Shown piece after piece: positions 8,101-16,366 of a stretch of DNA of 19,744 nt. Where the stretch lies: NCBI GenBank assembly GCA_043813875.1, contig JBDRKP010000018.1, positions 1-19,744 of the forward strand. The letters are read 5' to 3'. Each line of letters starts with the position of its first letter. Positions within the stretch are counted from its first letter, which is position 1. The notes under the pieces are model-generated. The model was not told the DNA's origin, made no database searches, and worked only from the letters and a program-made list of their open reading frames with translations. The translations under genes were made by a program, and so were the position numbers. Origin of the DNA: an archaeon. GTDB lineage: Archaea; EX4484-52; B79-G9.

Positions 8101-9162
8101 TTATCTCTTTTTTAGTTCGGGAAGGACTATTGTAGCGTAGTTTGATGCGAGGACCACGATCATCGGGCCTATGAAGATGCCGCTTATGCCGAATACTATG
8201 GGTCCGAAGATGTATGAGAGCATCATGGCGCCTGTGTGCATGCCTTTTGCAGTGACGAAGGGGCGCAGGACGAAGTCGGGGAGCATGTCAACGATGAGGT
8301 TCACGGCTACGAGGAATGATGCGAGCGGGACCAGGTCCGGGATTATGGTCGCGTTCATGAATGAGCTGATCATAAGGTAAACTGTTGCAGGTATCCAGAT
8401 GAGCTTCACGCCTACCATCGGTATGAGGCTTGCAAGACCGGTGAGTATCGCAAGGAGCATGGGATAGGGGAGATTGAGATGTTGCGGCGCATATGCGTTG
8501 AATGCTGAGTAGACAATCATCGCAAGTATCGCTGTTATGATGGCATTTAAGATGTTTCCGAAAAATATGCGGAAAAGGGCGCGGTCGGTCTGTGCGAAGT
8601 ATTTTCTTGCTAACAATTCATTTTTGAAGATGTCTTCAAGGACGAGATTCTTGAGGTTTTTGCCGTCCCTTATGAGATAGAAAGAGATGACAAACACCAG
8701 GAATATGTTGAATATGATGCCGATGAATGTGAAAAAGTAGGCGACTGAGCGGTCCAGGATGTCAAGCATCATGGCCTCAAGCTCTTTGTCATGGCTGACG
8801 GAGATAACGGCGTCCCACGGCTCGGCTATAGTTGTCATGTTCAGTTCTTTTATGATCATGTCCATGTAGCCGGATCTCTGTTCTTCGGGGATGGTGGCTG
8901 CGTAGTTCGTGAGTTCGGCTGCGCCTACGCTTAGGGTGTATGCAGCTATAAACATGATGGGGATGAGAATGATGATGATCGATAATAATGCCGAGAATGT
9001 CTTTGATCTTGTGATGCGAAAAAATAGCCGGTTGAAGGGCCTTGCGATGTAGTAGATGAATAGGGAGTATGCGAGTATGTCTCTGAATGGGGATATGAAG
9101 ATGAACAGGACCAGGGCAAGAATCAGGCCATAGTATGTCCAGATGCTGTCTGTTTTAGCCAT
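8101..9162 (-). CDS. AI-2E (PerM/UPF0118) family transporter
   Basis: Multi-TM protein with FYLIRDG, LIPMVG...IWIP, D.VLRP and G...FGISGIFIGP motifs. Confidence 0.9.
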   Translation of the reverse strand: MAKTDSIWTYYGLILALVLFIFISPFRDILAYSLFIYYIARPFNRLFFRITRSKTFSALLSIIIILIPIMFIAAYTLSVGAAELTNYAATIPEEQRSGYMDMIIKELNMTTIAEPWDAVISVSHDKELEAMMLDILDRSVAYFFTFIGIIFNIFLVFVISFYLIRDGKNLKNLVLEDIFKNELLARKYFAQTDRALFRIFFGNILNAIITAILAMIVYSAFNAYAPQHLNLPYPMLLAILTGLASLIPMVGVKLIWIPATVYLMISSFMNATIIPDLVPLASFLVAVNLIVDMLPDFVLRPFVTAKGMHTGAMMLSYIFGPIVFGISGIFIGPMIVVLASNYATIVLPELKKR

Positions 9163-9225
9163 GTCTTATGTATTGGGGAATAAGCTTTTAATAGGTTGTA
9201 CTGATAAAATAGGTATGTGATTGCT

Positions 9226-10440
9226 ATGGATGACTTTGTCGATAAGATTGTCAAGGGAAAGATGAAGATGCATGAGGTCGAGGCGCTGCTTTCATCAAAG
9301 GAGGCTGTGGATGTCAGGAGACGCGCAGTCGAAAGGCTTACTGGCACAAAGCTTGAGAATGTGAGCTTTTTTTCGGTCGATACTGATGTCGCATGCAGGA
9401 AGAATATCGAGAACATGATAGGGGTCACGCAGGTGCCGCTGGGCGTCGCCGGGCCGCTTAAGGTCGAGGGAGAGATCGCCAAGGGTGATTATTATGTGCC
9501 GCTTGCCACTACGGAGGGAGCACTTATCGCTTCTGTCAACAGGGGGTGCAGCGCGGCCACTAAGTCAGGCGGTGTCAGGGTATATGTCCAGAACAAGGGG
9601 ATGACGAGGGCGCCGGTATTTAGGACGAGCGGCTTAAAGGAGTCGCATGAGTTCGTCTCATGGACAAAGAAGAATTTTTCGAGGATAAAGAAGGTCGCTG
9701 AGAGCACGACGAAGTACGGGAAGCTCATGGAGATACAGCCGTGGATTGTCGGGCGCAATGTGTTTCTCCGGTTCGTGTTCGATACCAAGGATGCTATGGG
9801 CATGAACATGGCGGTCATCGCGTGCGATGCGGTGGTGCGGGAGCTTGTCGACAAGGAGACGAAGGTGAAGTGCATCAGCCTTTCGGGGAACATGTGCACT
9901 GACAAGAAGCCGTCTGCCATCAATTTCATTTCAGGCAGGGGAAAGAGCGTGCATGCGGAGGCGATAATCAGGAAGGATATTGTCGAGAAGGTGCTTAAGA
10001 CGAATCCCAAGAATATTTTCGAGGTCAATTACCGAAAGAACCTTTTGGGGTCTGCTGTCGCTTCAAGCCTCGGGTTCAATGCGCATTACGGGAATATCGC
10101 CGCGGCTTTGTTTCTTGCTTGCGGGCAGGATATTGCGCATGTGACTGAGGCTGCGATGGGTGTCACGACGTGCGAGATGCTTGATGATGACCTGTATATC
10201 TCTATCTATATGCCGAACCTGAATGTCGGGACTGTCGGAGGCGGGACGGGGCTTGGGACTCAAAAGGAGGCGCTTCGTATGCTTGGTGTTTCCGGGGCTT
10301 CTTTGAAGCCGGGCGAGAATGCGCACAAGTTCGCGGAGATTGTCGGGGCTGCTGTCCTATGCGGTGAATTGTCGCTCCTTTCTGCGTTCACGTCGAGGGA
10401 TGTGGCGAAGGCGCATGTGAAGTACGGCAGAGGGAAATGA
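9226..10440 (+). CDS. hmgA: Class I HMG-CoA reductase (NADPH type)
   Basis: ENMIG, PLATTEGALIAS, DAMGMNM, SGNMCTDKKPS, GTVGGGT and GELSL...AH. Start at ATG 9226 or GTG 9217. Confidence 0.96.
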   Translation: MDDFVDKIVKGKMKMHEVEALLSSKEAVDVRRRAVERLTGTKLENVSFFSVDTDVACRKNIENMIGVTQVPLGVAGPLKVEGEIAKGDYYVPLATTEGALIASVNRGCSAATKSGGVRVYVQNKGMTRAPVFRTSGLKESHEFVSWTKKNFSRIKKVAESTTKYGKLMEIQPWIVGRNVFLRFVFDTKDAMGMNMAVIACDAVVRELVDKETKVKCISLSGNMCTDKKPSAINFISGRGKSVHAEAIIRKDIVEKVLKTNPKNIFEVNYRKNLLGSAVASSLGFNAHYGNIAAALFLACGQDIAHVTEAAMGVTTCEMLDDDLYISIYMPNLNVGTVGGGTGLGTQKEALRMLGVSGASLKPGENAHKFAEIVGAAVLCGELSLLSAFTSRDVAKAHVKYGRGK

Positions 10441-10484
10441 AGGATTGCGTGTGTTTATATATTGGGAATGCAAAAAATAGTATC

Positions 10485-11726
10485 ATGAAAACGATGAAGA
10501 CCAACACTCAGATTTTTTATGGTGTCCTGATTCTTGTGATCATATTTATTTTGGGATGGCGTGTATTGTACAGCCAGAGCATTGAAGAGCAAAGGAATGT
10601 CTGTGGCCCGAAAATAATGGGCTGGAACTATGACATCTCATATTGCGATGATTCATGCGAAACGGATGATGATTGCATGTATACGTGCGGGTGCGGCGCG
10701 ATAAATATAAATGAAGTTTGCCATGACGAGGATATCGTCTATGACTGCGTCAATCATGATGTCGGGTGCGCGGAAGGCAGATGCGTCACCGGAAAAGAAT
10801 CTCTTCTGAAAGCAGTTGTCCTGACGGATAAAGATGAATATGAGCGAGGAGAAATGGTTAGCGCAACTCTTGACTATAACGGCGAGATATATGCATGGGG
10901 CGAATCCGCATGGTCTATACAGAGATGGGAAAACGGGTCATGGGCTACTATCAAAAGAAAGGGGGATAAGTATTTCTGGTGCGCAAATATCCCTGAATGC
11001 GATGATGTGAGTCTTGGTGAGATCAAGGAATGCCCGCCGATGGTAGATTGTGAACAAGAGGTATGGTATAAAGTGGCAGATGCGCCGGGATTGGAGTGGG
11101 ACATGTGGTATCAATCAGAAGAGAATGCGTTCCAGTGCCGCCTGATACAGCGACTGCCTGATGGAGGGGTGACTTCTGACAAAGCCATGGATAGAAAGTG
11201 CGCGGTTTTCGATCAAGCGCCTCCAGGAAAATACAGAATAATATTCGAGTATGCCTTTGAGGTCAACAGTGATGATATTTTTGACAGAAATGTCGATATC
11301 AAATATGCTGAAAAAGAGTTTGTGATTAATGGGGTATCGGTAGGAATCTCTACAGACAAGAAAGAGTACAATGCGGGTGAAACTGTAAAAGCTGTGCTTG
11401 AATTTGATGATGATGTGTATATGAATCCGTATTTCAAGATCTTTTATTATGCCAATCATACATGGAATTTCATCGGGATGTGGAATTCTTTAGGGAACCA
11501 GTATACGTGTTGCGGCGCCATGCCCGTGTGTGAAATGTTCAATGCTACGCAATCGCCGATCGTGTTTTCGTGGGACCAGAAGGTTGTCGAGGAGGAGCTC
11601 CCGGTGTTGCCTGACGATAATGTGACAAGAGTGCAGGCGGAACCGGGGCGATATAAGATTCATGCGGTTTATGGTGATGAGGCGGTCTGTATGAATAGTG
11701 TTGATGCTGAGTTTGTCATCAGGTGA
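10485..11726 (+). CDS. Membrane-anchored Cys-rich surface protein with two repeated Ig-like domains
   Basis: N-terminal TM, a Cys-rich segment (CETDDDCMYTCGCGAIN), then two homologous units TDK.EY..GE.V.A.L ... PG.Y.I...Y ... EFVI. Start uncertain (10437, 10485 or 10494). Confidence 0.75.
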   Translation: MKTMKTNTQIFYGVLILVIIFILGWRVLYSQSIEEQRNVCGPKIMGWNYDISYCDDSCETDDDCMYTCGCGAININEVCHDEDIVYDCVNHDVGCAEGRCVTGKESLLKAVVLTDKDEYERGEMVSATLDYNGEIYAWGESAWSIQRWENGSWATIKRKGDKYFWCANIPECDDVSLGEIKECPPMVDCEQEVWYKVADAPGLEWDMWYQSEENAFQCRLIQRLPDGGVTSDKAMDRKCAVFDQAPPGKYRIIFEYAFEVNSDDIFDRNVDIKYAEKEFVINGVSVGISTDKKEYNAGETVKAVLEFDDDVYMNPYFKIFYYANHTWNFIGMWNSLGNQYTCCGAMPVCEMFNATQSPIVFSWDQKVVEEELPVLPDDNVTRVQAEPGRYKIHAVYGDEAVCMNSVDAEFVIR

Positions 11727-11732
11727 TGCGTG

Positions 11733-11987
11733 TCAAATCCTTTTGTATATGTTACGCCTGTGTCCTATGTAGAGAATTAGTATCCTCGGGTCATTATTCT
11801 GTATATCGGCTATAACCCTATAATCGCCGACCCTTAACTTGTATTCTGGTCTTCCTTTTAGTCTCAGGAAAAAGCGAAAAGGATCCTGTTTGGTCTCTAA
11901 AATCTTGTTCAGGATTCTTATTTTGTGCTGTTCCTCAAGTTTTTCGAGAACCTGGATTGCTTCTTCGTCAAAAATAAGTTCATACAT
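11733..11987 (-). CDS. relE: RelE/ParE-family type II toxin
   Basis: 84 aa with LKG...YKLRVGDYRVI...ILILYIGHRRNIY. Confidence 0.9.
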   Translation of the reverse strand: MYELIFDEEAIQVLEKLEEQHKIRILNKILETKQDPFRFFLRLKGRPEYKLRVGDYRVIADIQNNDPRILILYIGHRRNIYKRI

Positions 11988-11988
11988 C

Positions 11989-12228
11989 TCAAAGACCCAG
12001 CCTTCTCTTTGCTTGTTCTTCTGTGAGGAAATTGCCTTTCCTTATCCTTTCCCTGGCCTTTTCTATTGCCTCGATTGTATCTTTGCTTAATTGTGGCTCT
12101 TCTTTCGAGGATTTGGCTATGAATACTACCTTTTTTATGACTTCATCATAGCTTTCATTTTTATATTCCCTGAATGCGTCCAGCTGCATTTTTGTGTCTT
12201 CGTGAATCTTGATTGTTGTCGCGCTCAT
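11989..12228 (-). CDS. Antitoxin (archaeal RHH-like, TTIKI...ESYDEVI type)
   Basis: 79 aa immediately upstream of the toxin. N-terminal ATTIKIHEDTK...ESYDEVIKK and C-terminal TEEQAKRRLGL. A GGTGA RBS precedes it. Confidence 0.85.
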   Translation of the reverse strand: MSATTIKIHEDTKMQLDAFREYKNESYDEVIKKVVFIAKSSKEEPQLSKDTIEAIEKARERIRKGNFLTEEQAKRRLGL

Positions 12229-12246
12229 AATATCACCTATACTTTG

Positions 12247-12277
12247 GTATACCTAGGTATACTTAAATATGTTTCGG
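12247..12277 (-). promoter_or_regulatory. TA operon promoter with palindromic operator
   Basis: A perfect 16-bp palindrome GTATACCTAGGTATAC (12247-12262) adjoins a minus-strand TATA-like ATATTTAAGTA preceded by a BRE-like CCGAAAC. Confidence 0.65.
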
Positions 12278-12412
12278 TTGAATTGCGATAGAAGACAACA
12301 TTTTCAGATTTTCTGGAATATGAATGATTTTTAAAGTTTGACAATGCATTTAATTATGGCGATGAATGTTGTTTTGTGGCTGTATCGCATGTAAATGATT
12401 GAAGGTGATCAT

Positions 12413-13681
12413 ATGGTGAAAAGTTCGAGGATTTCCGGTTTCTATAAGATGAGTGTGGCGGAGAGGCTCAAGATTGTCGCTGAGCAGGCGGGGCTGACTG
12501 ATGATGAAGTCCAGGCGCTCTCTAAGACGGGGGCGCTGTCGCTTGAGGCGGCTGACCGGATGATTGAGAATGTCGTCGGGACTACCGAGTACCCGCTCGG
12601 AATCGCGTGCAATTTCCTGATCGACGGGAAGGAGTATCTTGTGCCGATGGCGCTTGAGGAGCCGTCTGTTGTCGCTGCCGCGTCGAATATGGCGAAGGTC
12701 GCGCGAGCGAAGGGAGGGTTCTTTACGTCTGCAACGGAGCCGGTGATGATCGGGCAGATACAGATCACTGATGTCAGCGACCCTTATTTTGTGAAGCAGA
12801 CTATACTTTCGCATAAAAAGGAGATTGTCGAGCTTGCGAACAAGCAGGATCCGGTGCTTGTGAAGTTCGGGGGCGGGGCGAGGGATGTCAGTGTGCGCGT
12901 TCTCGACTCTATCGTCGGGCCGATGGTTGTCGTGCATCTGATGGTCGACTGCCGCGATGCCATGGGCGCCAATGCGGTCAATACGATGGTCGAGGCATGC
13001 AAGCCGATGATCGAGGAACTCAGCAGAGGGAATGTGATTTTGAGAATCATAACGAATCTTGCGAAGTTCAGGATCGCAAGGTCAAGGGCAGTATTCGACA
13101 AGAAGGCGCTGGGGGGCAAGGAGGCAGTGGAGCGGATCATAAAGGTGTATGCGCTTGCTTTAGCTGATCCGTACAGGTGCTCGACGCATAATAAGGGCAT
13201 AATGAACGGCATCGATGCTGTTGTTGTCGCGACGTGCAATGATTTTCGGGCAGTTGAGGCGGGGGCGCATACTTATGCCGCCATGAGCGGCGAGTATAAG
13301 CCGCTTACGAAGTGGGAGAAGAACAAGGACGGGGATCTTGTCGGGACGATTGAGCTGCCGATCGCGGTCGGGATTATCGGCGGGGCGACTTCGGTGCATC
13401 CTGTGGCGAAGGTCGCAAGGAAGATTCTTGATGTGAAGAGCGCAAGCGAGCTTGCGCGCGTGATGGTATCAGTGGGGCTTGCGCAGAATCTTGGGGCTCT
13501 AAGGGCTATCGCTATGGAGGGTATACAGAGCGGGCATATGAGCCTTCATGCAAGGAATATCGCTCAGATGGCCGGGGCTACCGGTGAGATGATCGACAAG
13601 GTGGTCGAGATAATCGTGCGGGAGAAGAACGTGAGGATGGACCGGGCAAAGGAAGTGCTTGATGATCTGCGTGGCCAATGA
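12413..13681 (+). CDS. mvaA: Class II HMG-CoA reductase (MvaA / Archaeoglobus type)
   Basis: SSRISGFYK, MIENVVG, EEPSVVAA, DAMGAN, THNKGIMNGIDA, NDFRAVEAG and GIQSGHMSLHAR. An AGGTGA RBS precedes ATG 12413. Confidence 0.96.
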   Translation: MVKSSRISGFYKMSVAERLKIVAEQAGLTDDEVQALSKTGALSLEAADRMIENVVGTTEYPLGIACNFLIDGKEYLVPMALEEPSVVAAASNMAKVARAKGGFFTSATEPVMIGQIQITDVSDPYFVKQTILSHKKEIVELANKQDPVLVKFGGGARDVSVRVLDSIVGPMVVVHLMVDCRDAMGANAVNTMVEACKPMIEELSRGNVILRIITNLAKFRIARSRAVFDKKALGGKEAVERIIKVYALALADPYRCSTHNKGIMNGIDAVVVATCNDFRAVEAGAHTYAAMSGEYKPLTKWEKNKDGDLVGTIELPIAVGIIGGATSVHPVAKVARKILDVKSASELARVMVSVGLAQNLGALRAIAMEGIQSGHMSLHARNIAQMAGATGEMIDKVVEIIVREKNVRMDRAKEVLDDLRGQ

Positions 13682-13739
13682 GATATGTTGAAGGCAGTAA
13701 AACCTGTTCTTTGATATATGAATGATTTGAGACACTTTT

Positions 13740-14093
13740 TTGGATTACGAGGTCATAGATATGATTATACATGAAGATGATGGCTCTAATAGGCTATGGG
13801 AATTAAAAAGTGAAGTTCACAGAATGCTTGATGAATACGGTATTCATTTCAATGAAATAGAAGAGAAATGCATGAAAAAAAGTTCTTCTGGAATTACTGA
13901 CTGTGTGCTTAAGTATATTTCAGGTAAATTGGATTCAAAGAATTTCGCAAGCCCTGCTGATTGCATTAACGAACTTACTCTAAGAGTTTGCAATAAGAAA
14001 TATGGTCTTAATGGAGATGATGGCGCAAATTACCAGCCAGTACACGATATCATCAGATTCAAAATGAATAAACTTATGGGATATCGTAATTGA
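13740..14093 (+). CDS. Hypothetical protein, AT-rich; possibly frameshifted at its 5' end
   Basis: 117-aa ORF from TTG. An upstream ATG at 13718 would be in frame if the T6 run at 13736-13741 were T5. Confidence 0.5.
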   Translation: MDYEVIDMIIHEDDGSNRLWELKSEVHRMLDEYGIHFNEIEEKCMKKSSSGITDCVLKYISGKLDSKNFASPADCINELTLRVCNKKYGLNGDDGANYQPVHDIIRFKMNKLMGYRN

Positions 14094-14168
14094 AATTCAT
14101 CTTTTTTATAAATTCTTTTTCATGCATAATATATTTATTGTTATAGTCTAATTGTTGTTTGTGGTGCT

Positions 14169-15143
14169 ATGAAGAAGGTGGATTCACGGGCTTTGAAAAA
14201 GGCTAAGCAGCCTGAAAGGAAAGCGAATAGAGAGAGCAGCAAATCAGTGAAAACAAAAAAGGTTGTGCGCAAAGCTGCCCTGAAGACGGATTCCAAGAGA
14301 AAGGCAGATGATGCCAAGAAAAAGAGCGAGAATAAGGCTTATGGAAAAGCGCAACCAAACCCGAACCGGTTCGACGTACCGGGACTTAGGCGTGGATATA
14401 TCGCGATGGCAGTCATTGCTTTCGGGCTGATTGTCGCCGGATTGTTCCTTTATGATAATGGCCCTGAGACGCCAAGGGGCAATGTCATCGAGTTCAAGCC
14501 AACAAACATGACCTTCGAGGAGGTGTATTCTGTCGAGCAGATAGATATGTTCAATGACCAGATAGCTGTCTGCAACCAATATATTGCGGTCAGGGACTAC
14601 AATAATACTATCGAGTGCCTGAAGAAGGCAGATGCCATCAAGACGGATTCCAAGACTGTCATCGGGCTTGCTGACATGCTTGCGATAGTCGGCAACGACA
14701 CTGAAGCGTTACGCTATTATTCGCAGGCTATCGAGCTTGAACCGTATGATGAGAGAGTGAGGTTCAATTATGCGCTTGTGCTTGAAAGAGTGAATATGAG
14801 CGGATATGCCCTTGAGCAATACCGGATTGCTGCGGAGATTAATGGCAACTATACCAAGGCGATGAATAACCGGGGTGTGCTTTTCCAGAAACTGGGGAGG
14901 CTCAATGAGTCGATGATTGAGTTTTGGAGGGTTGTAGAGGTTGATGAGAACAATACGGCTGCGCTCATGAATTATGCAAACCTGCTTGCGGAGACGGGTA
15001 ACAACAGCGGGGCGGAGACGTATTTCATGAAGGCGATTGCGCTCGATCCGGGGAACAAGAAGATATACAGGAATGTCGCGCAGTTCTATTACAATAACGG
15101 GAATTATGTTGAGGCGAAGAATTATCTTGAGAAGACTTATTGA
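14169..15143 (+). CDS. Single-pass membrane TPR-repeat protein
   Basis: Lys-rich N-terminus, one TM (YIAMAVIAFGLIVAGLFLY), then consecutive TPR units (EALRYYSQAIELEP, AETYFMKAIALDP). A GTGGTG RBS precedes it. Confidence 0.88.
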   Translation: MKKVDSRALKKAKQPERKANRESSKSVKTKKVVRKAALKTDSKRKADDAKKKSENKAYGKAQPNPNRFDVPGLRRGYIAMAVIAFGLIVAGLFLYDNGPETPRGNVIEFKPTNMTFEEVYSVEQIDMFNDQIAVCNQYIAVRDYNNTIECLKKADAIKTDSKTVIGLADMLAIVGNDTEALRYYSQAIELEPYDERVRFNYALVLERVNMSGYALEQYRIAAEINGNYTKAMNNRGVLFQKLGRLNESMIEFWRVVEVDENNTAALMNYANLLAETGNNSGAETYFMKAIALDPGNKKIYRNVAQFYYNNGNYVEAKNYLEKTY

Positions 15144-15149
15144 GGAGAT
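15119..15149 (+). repeat. 31-bp direct repeat, copy 1
   Basis: GAATTATCTTGAGAAGACTTATTGAGGAGAT, identical to 16222-16252. It contains the TPR stop codon (15141-15143). Confidence 0.95.
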
Positions 15150-15162
15150 TGATGCAGGTAAA

Positions 15163-16233
15163 TTGTATGTTTTTCTAGTTCTCTTCATAATTTTTTTGTG
15201 TCCTGTGGAGGTATTCGCTGATACAGTAAGAGTAAGTACGTTAATCAATGATGTGGGATGTTCATCGCAATTCATATGCCCTGATGGAAATGGGGTTCCT
15301 TATTGCGAAAGTTATGGTGAATCATGTTTGTGTGAGCCTTTGCCAGAATTGCAATGTCCATCAAACAATAATATTAGTTCAAAAATAAGCGTAGTTTACC
15401 CAATTATCTATTTAGTCATCTTCAGTGTTGCAATTTATTCGTTGCTTCGTTTCCTCCTGATTAAAATACGCAATAAACCCGCGAATAGAATTGTTTTAAC
15501 CTTGGTGACGTTGTTCATCGTGCTTCTTACGTTCAATAGTGCCATCTCGAACTCTATGTGGGAGTGCGAATATAGTTATTGTGATCCTTTATATTTAATC
15601 AGTTATCTTCTTCAAGATATTTGGGCTATCGGAATATCTTTGAGTGCATTGATTGTATATCATATTATTCATAAAAAAATCCCTCCGCAATCTGATAAAA
15701 AAATCGCCGCGATTTTGATTGCCTTGGTTATCATTATGCCTTTCTATAATTTGGATTTCGGCAACAGGTATGTTTTGAATAATCAACTTTCTGATATTCC
15801 GGCAACAATGTTTGGCATAAGTGTCGATTATCCGTATTTTAAGGCAGCTATAATGTCAAATAACCCGCAGTTATGCCGAACGTTAATCGGTCAGTGCTAT
15901 TACATGATAGCTCTTCAGACTAAGAATATATCTCTTTGTCAATTTACTGACATACATGCAGATAGTGCAGCGCCGATAGTTTGCGCAATGAAAATAGCTT
16001 TTTCAAATTGCGAGACAATGGATAACAAGGGAGAAAGAGATACCTGTTATTTAAAATTTGTTGAGAGCCATCACATTACCGGAGAAGTTGCATGTAATCG
16101 GATAGAAAATTCGGATTTAAAAACAAGATGTTATGGAGTATTTTGCGATAATCTGGCTTTTGGCTATGAAGATTATACAATGGAAGAATGTTATCGCAAG
16201 TATAATCTGAATAAATCCGCCGAATTATCTTGA
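15163..16233 (+). CDS. AT-rich multi-pass membrane protein with Cys-rich N-terminal domain and C-terminal Cys-pair repeats
   Basis: Signal-like segment LYVFLVLFIIFLCPVEVFA, a Cys cluster, about four TM helices, then repeated C-x(n)-CY units. The start is uncertain: TTG 15163, TTG 15127 or ATG 15106. Confidence 0.75.
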   Translation: MYVFLVLFIIFLCPVEVFADTVRVSTLINDVGCSSQFICPDGNGVPYCESYGESCLCEPLPELQCPSNNNISSKISVVYPIIYLVIFSVAIYSLLRFLLIKIRNKPANRIVLTLVTLFIVLLTFNSAISNSMWECEYSYCDPLYLISYLLQDIWAIGISLSALIVYHIIHKKIPPQSDKKIAAILIALVIIMPFYNLDFGNRYVLNNQLSDIPATMFGISVDYPYFKAAIMSNNPQLCRTLIGQCYYMIALQTKNISLCQFTDIHADSAAPIVCAMKIAFSNCETMDNKGERDTCYLKFVESHHITGEVACNRIENSDLKTRCYGVFCDNLAFGYEDYTMEECYRKYNLNKSAELS

Positions 16234-16252
16234 GAAGACTTATTGAGGAGAT
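16222..16252 (+). repeat. 31-bp direct repeat, copy 2
   Basis: Identical to 15119-15149. It contains the stop codon (16231-16233) of the enclosed gene. Confidence 0.95.
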
Positions 16253-16366
16253 GTTCGTCAATCGTTGATGTTTGATGGGGGCTTTGTTTAGGCTTTTAAA
16301 TCTATTCTTTCAATATATAATTTTGCTTTTGTAATATATCATACTGTTATACTGTTTTGGTGAAAT

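Noticed and set aside
14283..14655. 16-bp repeat AAGACGGATTCCAAGA (14283-14298 and 14640-14655) inside the TPR gene
   Set aside because: Both copies are in frame and encode KTDSK. No compositional shift or other sign of insertion is visible, so it is left uninterpreted.
15119..16252. 31-bp repeats as a CRISPR array or a DGR TR/VR pair
   Set aside because: There are only two copies, 1072 bp apart, with no cas or reverse transcriptase genes. The copies are identical, with no adenine-specific mismatches or flanking homology.
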